Source: Eledone cirrhosa | Taxonomy: Eukaryota | DNA: 64,000 nucleotides | Direction of reading: 5' to 3' | NCBI GenBank assembly: GCA_964016885.1 | Contig: OZ024741.1 | Location: 319,734,001-319,798,000 of the forward strand | Part shown: piece after piece, positions 26,921 to 41,500 of the stretch | Position numbering within the stretch: the first letter of the stretch is position 1 | How the letters are laid out: every line of letters begins with the position of its first letter | The notes under the pieces: generated by a model | The model's database searches: none | What the model was told of the DNA's origin: nothing | Seen by the model: the letters and a program-made list of their open reading frames with translations, nothing else | Translations under genes and position numbers: made by a program

Positions 26921-28047
26921 TATAATTAATTAAGTAATTTAGTTAATATATGAAACCTGTCGATAAATCATTAGATTCCTTCACCTTTTTCTTTTTAAAT
27001 TTTCTTCCTAAATATAAACATAGATATAATAAACTACTCTAAAATGTTTATACTTCCAATGTCTTAAATAAAATATACGTAAGATAAATTTCTATACTAA
27101 ATATAAGGATATCTGTAGAATCATTGGGTTTTTCTAAATTTTTTAAATTTTTTAAATTTTTAAATTTTTTTAACTTTTTAAATTTTTAAATTATATTGAT
27201 ATAATATTTATTTAACTTTTATTTTTTAATTTTATTTTTATTTTTATTTTTATTTTTATTTTTATTTTTATTTTTATTTTTATTTTTATTTTTATTTATT
27301 TTTATTAGGTTTGTTTTGATTCTGATAGCTTATAATTTTCATAAGTCTACCCTTTCAATATCTTGATTAAAATATACGTAAGATAAATTTCTATACTAAA
27401 TATATGAAACATATTATTTTAACTTAAGATACTCTATAGTGTTTTAAAGATATTTAATGTTTTGATATTTCTAGAATTCGTTTGTCCTTTAGACTATACT
27501 GATATAATTGTATTTCCAAAATATAATCCTTTGGTATTTTAAATTCATATTGTTATAATTATATTTCCAAAGTATAATCCTTTAGTAATATATTGATATT
27601 TGATTATCTCTATACAAATGTGTATGTGTGTGTATTAACATGCATATAAAAGTGTTATATGTTTTTTTATGATTGTATATCTGTCTGTATGTGTACATGA
27701 GCGATGCAGGTCTAACAATTGGTGAAGACACACGCAAATATTTATTTATACATATGTATGTGTATATATATATATGTATATGTATGTGTGTGGGTGAGAG
27801 TTATGTGTGTGCATGCCTACCCACGCAGTTTTGATTGCAGATATGCATAATTTTAACAGAATGTTAAATGCATGAATGGTAATCGTATATATGAAGGCAT
27901 GAATGTTAATCGTATATATTTATGTATATATACTGTGAAATTTTTATAACACAAGGAATGTATAGCAGTGATTAAGAGAAATCATTTGCGTTTTGTATGT
28001 CTATATTGTAGACCTGAGTAGATATAATTTCTATTTTCACGACGTGC

Positions 28048-28087
<40 letters not shown>

Positions 28088-28776
28088 CTATCTTTGCCGT
28101 AAGATAGTGGTTTCTCTAGCAATGTGTACATTTTGGATGCTTAAACTCAAATTTTAGTATATTGATCTCAAGTTTTAAACTAAACATATAATCATTATTA
28201 AACAATGTTTAATTTCTCATATTATATATTTATGTCCCATTCATGAATATTAATATTTATATTTTTATTATTCATTTCATATAAATTGTTAACTCAACTT
28301 AATATGACATGACGTAAAGTTTTCATTATCTCCCCCTCTCTCTATATATTATTTCTCTCTCTTGAGTCTTTCTATCTGTCTAATGACTTAATATCTCTCT
28401 GTTGCTTTCCTCTGTTTTTCTTATTTCTTCCTTTTTTCTTTTTTCTTTTTTCTTTCTTTCCTCCTGTCTTTATTTATCTCTCTCTTTTTTCTCCATGCAT
28501 TTCCCTCTCTCCGAAATTTCTCCAAGTTTTTTCTTTTTTTTTTCTTTTTCGTTCTTTCTTTTTCTTTTTTCTTTTTCTTTTTCTTTTTTCTTTTTTCTTT
28601 TTTCTTTTTTCTTTTTTCTCTCTCTCCGTCTTTTTTCTTTCCCTCCGTCTTTTTCTAATTGTCCTTAACACTAAGACTTATTAAAATAATATAAACAATT
28701 CACTATCCAGATGGCTTCCAAAAATAATGGTTGCATTTTAAAAGGGTACGTCAAAGCTTATTTGTAAAACTGTTAT

Positions 28777-28852
28777 ATATTGTATTTTGTCTGATGAAGG
28801 CATACCATAATTTAATTTGGTATCCCTGAAATATGTATAATGAAATAAATAT
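28777..28852 (+). ncRNA. Type I minimal hammerhead in the PLE pLTR
   Basis: UAUUUUGU-CUGAUGA-AGGCAUACC...GGUAUCCCU-GAAA-UAUGUA-UA-AUGAAAUA; same strand as the PLE ORF. Confidence 0.85.
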
Positions 28853-28886
28853 GGTTTTATAAATATAGTTTCCATTTATTAATATC

Positions 28887-29806
<920 letters not shown>

Positions 29807-29997
29807 AAAAAGGGATAAAAAGACGATTATTAGGAAGAAAAATATATTATTTTCCTTTTTATTTTTTTCTCTCTTTTTTCTGGGTTACAAAATGATTAAA
29901 ACGAAATATTTTACTTTGTTTGAAGTGTTAGGGTATTAGGTGATTTATTTATTAATTAACAATGGCATTTATTTATTTATTTATATATTTAATAATT

Positions 29998-30040
29998 GTC
30001 TATTACCGGTTTCAGCATTTTTATGCATTATCAAATGATA
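29998..30040 (-). ncRNA. Hammerhead-like motif, U3-A8 variant
   Basis: UUGAUAA-UGCAUAAAAAUGCU-GAAA-CCGG-UA; weak stem I. Confidence 0.5.
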
Positions 30041-30399
30041 ATAATATGTATTGGTGTAAAATGGTGGTCTTGAACATGTTAAGGAAATGGTGCAGAAAGA
30101 ATAATGTTATTTACAAACAAGCTTTATGAAGTGAAAAGAAAAAAGAAAAAAGGAGCGTAATGTGGAACATAATAAGGCAATGTGAAAGAAAACATAATAT
30201 TATTTACAGGCATAGTAAATGAAGATAAGCAGATCAAAATGTGTTAATATAGGAAGAGTGCTTAGTTGATCCGTGATGGTATATAAAGGGTGAAGGCGTG
30301 TGGCTGAGTGGTAAATTGTCTGTAATACAAAGAAATACCTATGATGGTTAGTAGACAACTGATGACGGATATTCCTAACTTTTTTTCTGTGCATAATAT

Positions 30400-30763
30400 G
30401 CCTTGAAATTTCGGAAAAATCGGCTAGACGTAATGCCTCAAAAAAGCCCTAAAAAGCTGGAAAAAATGAAGTTTTTCACCTAATGCGGGCCCTAGGCCAT
30501 AAGAAATTGGATTTTCTTTGCTCACCGTATGAAGAAGAGACTGACTAATATATAGTTACAATTTCAAGGAAATCGGTCTGACGTAACGCCTCAAAAAACC
30601 TATAAAAAGCTGAAAAAAAACGCAGTTTTCACCTAATAAAGGCCCTAGGGGATCAAAAGGTGAATTTTTTAATGTGATGTGCATAACACTTATGCATAAC
30701 ACTCCCTGAAACATAAGTAATACATATGTAAAGTTTGAAAAAATTCGGTTGGGTACTTCTCGG

Positions 30764-30802
<39 letters not shown>

Positions 30803-30835
30803 CCTTCCTCAGGTTTATATATATACATATATAGA
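30400..30835 (+). mobile_element. Possible Helentron/DINE-like non-autonomous element fragment
   Basis: aagtttgaaaaaattcggttg...(CA)n atcc...tttatatatata end architecture; similar end at 31200-31290; internal duplication. Confidence 0.4.
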
Positions 30836-30852
30836 TTAAAATAACAGATTAA

Positions 30853-30907
30853 AGTTTAAGCAAAGAATCGTTGCTTTCACCCTTAACGGGATCTTCTGAT
30901 CTAAACA
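30853..30907 (-). ncRNA. Hammerhead-like motif, U4A variant
   Basis: CAGAAGA-UCCCGUUAAGGGU-GAAA-GCAA...UUGC-UU-AAAC; inside a repeat shared with 31570-31770. Confidence 0.5.
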
Positions 30908-31278
30908 CATCAATCGGTGAACGCAGAAGTAAATATTTCGAAAACGTTGCAACCTAAGGAAAACATGAAGACGATACTTTGGTTCGTGAAGACGTTCCGT
31001 GGCAATAAACGGATAATAACGAACATAATACGTTATCAATGTTCGTCAGAATGTCGTAATACAGACAGCCAAGCATACAGACAGATATTATAAGAGCACG
31101 ACGGAGATCGATAACCGGCGCCTAACACACCTTTAACAACAGAAAATTGAAAAATAAAAGCTGCAGTTAATATCTTTAGACCGCAAGGAATATATAAATG
31201 CAAGTTTGAAGTCAAGCGGAGTAGAAATGTAGATTTGTATAGATTTTGCAAAAATGAGGACACACACAGACAACAACA

Positions 31279-31465
<187 letters not shown>

Positions 31466-31588
31466 ATATATATATATAGTAATAATAATAAATTTGAAGA
31501 CCAAAATCCAAAGAGCGCTCGATAATGATAAATATATATCAAATATATAAGAATTCTAGAGCAAATGTTTATTAAAATAACAGATTAA

Positions 31589-31639
31589 AGTTTAAACAAA
31601 GGATCGCTGCTTTCACCCTTAACAGGATCTTCTGAAACT
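31589..31639 (-). ncRNA. Hammerhead-like motif, U4A variant
   Basis: AGUUU-CAGAAGA-UCCUGUUAAGGGU-GAAA-GCAG...UUGU-UU-AAACU. Confidence 0.6.
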
Positions 31640-31892
31640 AACAAATCAATCTGTGAACGCAGAAGTAAATATTTCGAAAAACGTTGCAACCGAAGGTAAA
31701 CAGGACGATGATACGTTCGTGAAGACGTTCCCTGGCAATGAACGAAAAAAAGCGAAGATAATACGTCGTTATGTGGAGTGTGAAGAGCAATTACACGCAA
31801 AGACAAAACCACGTTTATGGTATAAATGAAGTCGTAGACTAATATTCTATTTAGGAAACCGAATGATTTTCGGCTTCGGAGTTAAGAATAAT

Positions 31893-31984
31893 TGTTTCTA
31901 CTTTAGGCACAAGATCAGCAATTACCCAGTGCATTACTGGTACTTTATTTTATCGACCCCGTAATGATGAAAGGCAAAGTCAAC
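31893..31984 (-). mobile_element. 5'-truncated SINE with 19-bp TSD
   Basis: CTTCGGAGTTAAGAATAAT at 31874-31892 and 31985-32003. Confidence 0.85.
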
Positions 31985-32540
31985 CTTCGGAGTTAAGAAT
32001 AATGTAAATAAATTAGTAGAACGAAAATGACAGAGGTTATTAAAATCAATAATAATTAAATATATACATACACGGATCCATATACGTACATACACGTGCA
32101 TACGCGAAAACACCCGCCATGCATGCATATACATGCACATACACATAAACGCGCACACATACATAAACCAGCGTGACACCTGTACCCGCACACATATGAA
32201 CGTATACACCAAATACACATAAAAAAATATATGTGTATGTGTGTATATATATATAATTATATAAACGTATATAAATATACTCACATAAATACGTATATAA
32301 CGCACGCAGTCAACCCGATTCCTACAATTACAGTTAGTACTAGCTGCAAGGTTGGTAATTCAGCTAAATTTGAAGCAGTGATGTTATGTGCAAGGTTAGG
32401 GGTTAGAGTAAGAAATTTTAATGGTATTTCTATTAACAATTTTATTAAATTTATGTGCTGAGGGGAAATGCTTCTTAATAAGGGAGAGAAAGATCTTAGC
32501 TAATGGTGTGGCCACCTCCATATTATATGGTGGGTTATAC

Positions 32541-32577
<37 letters not shown>

Positions 32578-32670
32578 ATATATATGTGTATGTGTATATA
32601 TACATGTGTGTGTGTATATGTGTGTGTGTATGTATATATATATGTGTGTGTGTGTATATATATATATATA

Positions 32671-32740
<70 letters not shown>

Positions 32741-32741
32741 A

Positions 32742-32807
<66 letters not shown>

Positions 32808-33799
32808 GTGTGTGTAGGTAGAAAACGTTTTGTTTATGTATATCAGGAATGAATGCTTAAACAAGAAAACTGCTTACCAGAGAGTTTGGTTCGACGGTAT
32901 CCTCCTTTGAATCGTATAGCATAAACATCCAAGGAGGGGAATATGGTATATAGGTCCAGAAGAGATCACGGAATATATTGATATAAGCAAGTATTGCTTC
33001 AAGAAAAATAAAACGCCGCCGTGATGGAGAATAGGAATTTAATTGCTTTAACATATCATTCTGTGTCTATTACAATTGTTTACATATGCTGACTGTCCAA
33101 TCATATGCAATACTAAATTATTTATTACACTTCACCAGAAAGCCCATACTAGTGGAAGTCAACTATTCACTACGCAGTAGAATTCAGCAATGGAAATTTC
33201 GTTATAGAAAATGTAAAAAAAAAAAAGTTTTTTTTTTTGTAATATTTAGAATTTAGATCGAAGGCCCATTATAGGGTCCCCTTTTCTGGGGGTTATGTAT
33301 GACGAACTCTTCATAGTTTATAACAAAAATTATAACAATGAACGTTATGCACACAATTGAAAATCAGCAAAACTTACGGAGCAAAAGTATGCGTGGCGAC
33401 AACTTGAGAAACCAATAATAATAATAATCAATCAATAAAAATCTAATAATGATAATAACATACAAGTATGGCACTTGTATTGAGAAGAACACTGTCGTTG
33501 TATGATAATCTTTTCCATAAATCATTTTTACATAATTTTATTTGATTATACTCCATAATTATATAAGTTGTAAATAATTGATCACTGTCATATAATTGGT
33601 GATCATTTTGCTGTAAATGTGTTTTTTAATAGATATACTTCTAATTGTGTAAAGTGCGTGATGTGAACAATCTGGTGTATTTATTTTTGTGTTTTATCAA
33701 AGTATGCAGTGAGTTTCTTTGCTCTGAGCGCCGGGAAGACACACGGTAAGAATTGAAAGAAAAAATTGAAGGAGGAAGGAAAAACCCAAGTAATAATAA

Positions 33800-34190
33800 T
33801 AATTGTTTCTACTTTTGGCACAAGGCCAGCAATTATCCAGTGCATTATTGGTACTTTATTTTATCGACCCCGTAAGGATGAAAGGCAAAGTTAACCTCGA
33901 CGTGATTTGAACTCAGACCGTAAAGGGACGTAACTATGCTGGAAAGCATGGTGTCTGACCCTCTACCGATACTGCAAAATGATTTCTAGTATAGGCTCAA
34001 GGCCAGTAATTTGGGGGGAGGGGAAAGTCGATAAATCGACCCCAGTATGTTACTGGTACTTTATTTTATCAACCCCGTAAGGATGAAAGGCAAAGTTAAC
34101 CTCGGCGGGATTTGAAATCAGACCGTAAAGGGCCGTAACTCCAAGCTGCAAAGCATTGTATCCGACGCTCTACCGACACTGCCAATCCAC
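33800..34190 (-). mobile_element. Two tandem SINEs
   Basis: Reverse-complement consensus, between (AAT)n tracts. Confidence 0.85.
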
Positions 34191-34219
34191 AATAATAATA
34201 ATAATAATAATAATAATAA

Positions 34220-37200
34220 GCAGGTGCTCCCTGGCCCAGCAGTAGGGACCTGGCTGTCATCCAAATACTGCTGGTGTTGGAGGAAGAAGAAGGAAAGGGA
34301 CCAAAACCAACTGGACGAAAGAATTGAATAGAACTGTTATGCAATGTTACCTGAAGAGGAACCCCAAGGAAAAAGGCTATAGGAAACGGATGCATAACAT
34401 CTGGAACGAGATTGGTCTATTTAAATTAGATGAACAAAAATTGGCCAGGCAGGCTCGGGTAATAAGAACTAATGGGTGGATAAGCGGGCTGGAACTGGAG
34501 GAACTGAGCAGATAGATTAGGTGGGAGATGGAGGGTGGAGTATGCCAGGCAAACAAGCCAGTGGGAAATGAAGGTGAAGAGGTTGAGAGAACGGAGGAGC
34601 CATCCGAAGCAGACAATGATCTGAATGCTGAAATAAATAATACCTGGAACAAAGATACGGCCATTGAGGAAATGAATGCTGACGGGCTAGGACAAAATTT
34701 GGTTGATATCCTAAACTTAGTGGTAGATGAAATGAACAATGATAGTGGGAAACCTATGAACCTAAAATTTGTAGACGGAAAAAAGTTAAAAGAAACAACA
34801 GGTAAGGTAAACAAAGTCATCCCATACCTTGAGGCGAGGAACCTTCACCAATGCAACACTATCCTCAAAACAACAGCAAATGTGGTGAGGAAATTACTTG
34901 GCATAAACACGAGAGGGAACAACAAGCAAGAAAGATCAGAACCTTGTTGGAAGAAACGACTGAATGGTCAAATCAGGGAAATGAGAAATGACATTGGAAA
35001 GCTTGATTCCCTACTGAATGGGACACTACAAAACATAGACACTAAAAATAGACTGGAAATAAAGTACACAACTAGGAGGAAAAGGCTAAATATTATCATA
35101 GAGGAACTGAAGCAACGCATTGTAGCAAAAGAGTGCAAACATTAGGTGATATGAGAGCAGAGTCAGTCAGTATAGACAGAACCGCATGTTTGACAACAAC
35201 CATAAGATGTTGTTTAGACAGCTTGAAGGGAAAGAAAGAGGCAACGACTTGATCCCTGAGGCGGAACAGACTAAGACATTCTGGAGAGGAATATGGGAAC
35301 AGGATGTTGAACATAATGATCAGGCAGTGTGGATTGAGACAGTACAAAAGGAGATTAGTGAACAGGCACACCAACAAACTGATTTGAGTATCACAGTTGA
35401 AACTCTTAAAGGGGAGGCCAAAAAACTGGAAATCACCAGGCCCAGATGTTGTGCAGGGGTATTGGATTAAAAATATAACATCCCTCCTCCCGAAACTGAC
35501 AACCATGTTCAATGACTGCTTGATGTCAGGTGAGGTAGCAGAGTGGTTGACAAAAGGTACCACAGTTCTGGTAATGAAAGACCGAATGAAGGGTAATGAT
35601 GTTACCAACTATAGACCTATCACATGTCTGTCCGTAATGTGGAAACTGTTAACAAGCATTGTGTCTGAGGAAATCTACCATCACCTCCACATAAACAACT
35701 TGTTACCGGACGAACAGAAAGGATGCCGAAAGAAGTCCCGTGGTACAAAGGACCAGTTACTTATTGATAAGATGGTAATGAGGAATTGCAAGAGGAGACA
35801 CACTGGTCTTGCCATGGGATGGATAGACTACAAAAAGGCATTCGACATGGTACCTCATTCTTGGATAACTAAAAGCTTAGAGATCTTCAAGGTGGCAGAT
35901 AACATCAGACAGTTGTTGAGCAAAAGTATGAAGTCCTGGAAAACAGAGTTAACATCGGGTGGAGAATCCTTGGGAGGCGTGAAGATGATCAAGAGAGGTA
36001 TCTTCCAGGGAGATAGTTTGTCCCCTCTGTTGTTTGTCCTTGCCCTGATACCCCTGACCATTATACTGCGAAAAGTGAGAGCAGGATACAAGTTGGGAAA
36101 AGGAGAGCTTACGATCAATCACCTCCTCTTCATGGACGATCTTAAGCTCTTCTGGAAGAGTGGGAAGGAGTTGGATGTGCTTGTTGACACTGTCCGTATT
36201 TTCAGCAATGATATGTGTATGCAATTTGGTATTAGTAAGTGTGGAGTCCTAGTGATGAAGAGGGATAAATTGAGCAGAAGCAACAGAATCCAGGTACCAA
36301 CAGGTGAGATGATAAAGGAAATTGACACTAAAGAAGGATACAAATATTTAGGTGTTCTGGAGCAGATGACATCAAGAACATAAAAAAAATGAAGGAATTG
36401 ATAAGATCTGAGTACATTCGGAGAGTAAGGAGCGTATTAAAATCACATTTGAACAGTAGGACTGCCACAAGTGCAGTAAATTCCCGAGCTGTGTCTATTA
36501 TTAGGTACAGTACGGGAATTCTGAAATGGAATGTTGCTGAACAAAAATAAATGGATAGGAAGAGTAGGAAGCTATTGACTATCTACAACATGTTCCACAA
36601 GAGGAGTGATGTCGATAGACTCTACTTAAGGAGATCTGAAGGTGGAAGAGGTCTTATCAGCATAGAGGACTGTATTCAGATGGAGAAAAACAACCTACAC
36701 AAATACGTGACTGACAGTAGGGAGCCAATGCTCAGAATTGTACTGAATGAGAGGACAATAGACCAGGTGATTCCAAGGAGGAAATAACAAGGAAGAAGAG
36801 CAACCTTCATGAAAAATCCCTTCATAGTACCTTCTTTGAGAAAACTGAATTTAGAGATCCACAGACATGGAACCTTAAAAAGGCTACAGAAGGAATGCTA
36901 ATGGCTACGCAAGAGTAGGCCCTCAAAACGAAGTGGGTGAAATACCATATTTACAAGGAGGAAGCTGGTCCACTGTGTAGGATCTGTGGAGAGAGAGAGG
37001 TGACTGTGGCTCACATTGTATCCGAGTGTAAACACCTAGCCCAGACTCACTATAAAGGTTGGAGACATGATGTGATGGGCAGGGTGATCCACTGGCACCT
37101 ATGCAAAGTAAACAATTTACCACCTTCTGAGAAGTGGTATGAGTATAAGCCAGAGTCGGTGATAGAAAACGATCAGGTGAAGGTGCTGTGGGATTTTAGG

Positions 37201-37625
37201 ATACAGACGGAGAAGAAGCTGGAACACAATAGACCTGACCTGGTGGTTTTGGACAAGGAAAAAAGATCGTGCCTGATTGTAGGTGTAGCCTGCTCATTCG
37301 ACACGAGAGTGCAAGAGAAGGAGAGGGAGAAAATTAACCGATACCAGGACTTAAAGTGGGAGGTAAAAAGGATTTGGAACTGCCATGAAGCCAAAGTGGT
37401 CCCGATTGTCATAGGCGTACTAGGTACTATCTCAAAGAGTTTCCAAGGATGGATTAAAGAAAATTAGTCCCGCCCCGCTTTTTGGAACACTTCAAAAGGC
37501 ATGCTTGCTGGGAACAGCAAGAACCCTCCGATACGTCCCGAATATCTGAGCCTGCAGGTAGTGGCTTGATATTCATTTCAACAAACTTTCCAGTTAAATA
37601 ACATCAATGACTGAGACTCAAAGAA
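34220..37625 (+). pseudogene. Decayed, 5'-truncated R4/Dong-like retrotransposon
   Basis: Colinear with 38590-42017; split into ORFs 34324, 34528, 35186, 35397, 36551, 36937 by indels and stops; (AAT)n on both sides. Confidence 0.95.
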
Positions 37626-37659
37626 CAATAATAATAATAACAATAATAATAATAATATT

Positions 37660-37865
37660 TTTAAAACATTTGGCACAAGGCCACCAATTTTGGGGGATGG
37701 AGAGTGTCGATTAAATCGAGCCCAGTTCGTTACTGTTATTTTATATATTATTGACCCCGTAAGGATAAACTTGGTGGGATTTGAAATCAGAACGTAACGA
37801 ACCATAACTCTGTGCTGCTAAGCATGTTGTCCGACGCTCCACCGACACTGTCAATCCACCACCCT
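37660..37865 (-). mobile_element. SINE between the two R4-like copies
   Basis: Reverse-complement consensus bounded by (AAT)n. Confidence 0.8.
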
Positions 37866-37872
37866 CAACAAC

Positions 37873-37930
<58 letters not shown>

Positions 37931-38517
37931 CCACCACTACCACGATGAAAACTCTGGTCAAATCGACTCAAATTTATACCCCAACTACAACACCATCACT
38001 ACAGTAATACAATCACATCACGACCACCACTGCCTCAGTATCGCTACCGCCGCTAGTCTCTCCCATTACCTCCTGCTGCTAGCACAGCAACGCCACCACA
38101 TTGTAGAATTCCTACTAAAAAAGAGGAAGGCATCAAAATATATAGATAGACTCAAAAGGAAAAACAAAAATCAAAATCAAAGCAGCACAGCAACAACAAC
38201 AAAAAAAAAAAGGAGACAAAAAAAAAACAAAAACAAAAAAACGTAAAGAAAATAAGAATGAAGAGAGAAACAAACGGACGGACAGAGAAGGGAAGGGAAA
38301 AACTAAGTCAGACATTCGAACACTACATTACAATGAAACTTATGCTTATTCATTTTTGGGTTTTTTTCTGCCTGTTTGTTTGTTTGTTTATTTGTGTTCG
38401 TCTACAGCGTGATAATGCCACACAAGAGCCACGTGGAGCGACGCAACCACCGGAGACGGTGAATCCAAAGGTGGTTATGTAACCATACATTCGCCAATCC
38501 TCGATAAGAGTGTTTAA

Positions 38518-41500
38518 ATGTCGAACCTAAACAGTTCGAATAACGGTGAAATGGAGACTAGAACGTCATGTGACAGACTCTCACCAAACAGGTGCTCCCT
38601 GGCTCAGCAGCAGGGGCCTGGCTGTCAACCAAATACTGCTGGTGTCGGAGGAATAAGAAGAAGGAAAGGGACCAGAACCAACTGGACGAAAGAATTGAAT
38701 AGAACTGTTATGCAATGTTACCTGAAAAGTAACCCCAAGGAGAGGGGCTATAGGAGACGGATGCATAACATCTGGAACGAGATTGCTCTATTTAAATTAG
38801 ATGAACAAAAATTGGCCGGGCAGGCTCGGGTAATAAGAACTAATGGGTGGATAAGCGAGCTGGAACTGGAGGAACTGAGCAGAGAGATTAGCTTGGAGAT
38901 GGAGGGTGGAGTATGCCAGGCAAACGAGCCAGTGGGAAATGAAGGTGTAGAGGTCGAGAGAACGGAGGAACCACCCGAAGCAGACAATGATCTGAATACT
39001 GAGATAAATAATACCTGGAACAGAGATACGGCCACTGAGGAGATGAATGCTGACGGGCTAGGACAAGATTTGGTTGACATCCTAAATTTAGTGGGAGATG
39101 AATTGAACAATGATAGTGGGAGACCTATGAACCTAAGATTTGTAGACAGGAAAAAGTTAAAAGAAACAACAGCTAAGGTAAACAAAGTCATCCCATACCT
39201 TGAGGCGAGGAGCCTTCACCAGTGCAACAATACCCTCAAAGCAACAGCAAATACGGTGAGGAAACTACTTGGTATAAAAGCTAGAGGAAACAGCAGACAA
39301 GAAAGAGCAGAGCCTTGGCGGAAGAAACGACTGAGTGGTCAAATCAGGGAAATGAGAAATGACATTGGAAAGCTTGAGTCACTACTGAATGGGACACTAA
39401 AAAACATAGACACTAAAAATAGACTGGAAATAAAGTACAAAACTAGGAGGAAAAAGCTAAATATTATCATAGAGGAACTGAAGCAACGCATTGTAGCAAA
39501 GAGTGCAACAATCAGGCGATACGAGAACAGAGTCAATCAGTATAAACAGAACCGCATGTTCGACAACAACCAGAAGATGCTGTTTGGACAGCTTGAGGGG
39601 AAAGAAAGAGGCAACGACTTGATCCCTGGGGCGGAACAAACTAAAACATTCTGGAGGGGAATATGGGAGCAGGATGTTAGACATAATGACCAGGCAGTGT
39701 GGATTGAGACAGTACAGAAGGAGATCGGTGAACAGGCACACCAACAAACTGATTTGAGTATCACAGTTGAAACTCTTAAGGGGCAGGCCAAAAAACTAAC
39801 CAACTGGAAATCACCAGGCCCAGATGGTGTGCAGGGGTATTGGATTAAAAATATAACATCCCTCCACCCGAAACTGACAACCATGTTCAATGACTGCTTG
39901 ATATCAGGTGAGGTACCAAAGTGGTTGACAAAAGGTACCACAGTTCTGATAATGAAAGACCGAATCAAGGGTAATGATGTTACCAACTATAGACCTATCA
40001 CATGTCTGTCCGTAATGTGGAAACTGTTGACGAGCATTGTGTCTGAGGAAATCTACCATCACCTTCACACAAACAACTTGTTACCGGACGAACAGAAAGG
40101 ATGCCGAAAGAAGTTATGTGGTACAAAGGACCAGTTACTTATTGATAAGATGGTAATGGGGAATTGCAGGAGGAGACACACTGATCTTGCCATGGGATGG
40201 ATAGACTACAGAAAGGCATTTGACATGGTGCCTCATTCTTGGATCACCAAAAGCCTGGAGATCTTCAAGGTGGCAGATAACATCAGACAGTTGTTGGGCA
40301 AAAGTATGAGGTCCTGGGAAACAGAGTTGACATCAACTGGAGAATCCTTGGGAAACGTGAAGATCAAGAGAGGTATCTTCCAGGGAGATAGTTTGTCCCC
40401 TCTGTTGTTTGTCCTTGCCCTGATACCCCTGACCATTATACTGCGAAAAGTGAGAGTAGGATACAAGTTGGGAAAGGGAGGGCTTACCATCAATCACCTC
40501 CTCTTCATGGACGATCTTAAGCTCTTCGGGAAGAGTGAGAAGGAGTTGGGTGCGCTTGTTGACACTGTCCGTATTTTCAGGAGTGATATATGTATGGAGT
40601 TTGGTATTAGTAAGTGTGGAGTCATTGTAATGAGGAGGAGTAGGTTGAGCAGAAGTAACGGAATCCAGATACCAACAGGTGAGATGATAAAGGAAATTGA
40701 CTCTGAGGAAGGATACAAATATTTGGGCGTTCTGGAGGCTGATGGCATAAAGAACAAAAAAATGAAGGAATTGTTAAGAACTGAATACATTCGGAGAGTA
40801 AGGAGCGTATTGAAGTCACATCTGAACAGCAGAAATGCCATAAGCGCAGTAAATTCCCGAGCTGTGTCTATTATTAGGTACAGTGCGGGAATCCTGAGAT
40901 GGAATGTTGCTGAACAAAAAGAAATGGATAGGAAGAGTAGGAAGCTATTGACTATCTACAACATGTTCCACAAGAGGAGTGATGTCGATAGACTCTACTT
41001 AAGGAGATCTGAGGGTGGAAGAGGTCTTATCAGCATAGAGGACTGTGTTCAGATGGAGAAAAACAACCTACACAAATACGTGACTGATAGTAAGGAGCCA
41101 ATGCTCAGAACTGTACTGAAGGAGGGGACAATAGGCCAGGGGATGTCCAAGGAGGAAATAACATCAAGGAGAAAGAGCAGCCTTCAGGAAAAATCCCTTC
41201 ATAGTACCTTCTTTGAGAAAACTGAATTTAGAGATCCACAGACATGGAACTGGTTGAGAAGAGGAGACCTTAAAAAGGCTACAGAAGGAATGTTAATGGC
41301 TGCGCAGGAGCAGGCCCTCAAAACGAAGTGGTTGAAACACCATATTTACAAGGAGGAGGCTAGCCCACTGTGCAGGATCTGTGGAGAGAGAGAGGAGACT
41401 GTGGCTCACATTGTATCCGAGTGTAAACACCTAGCCCAGACCCACTATAAGGGCTGGAGACATGATGTGATGGGCAGGGTGATCCACTGGCACCTGTGCA

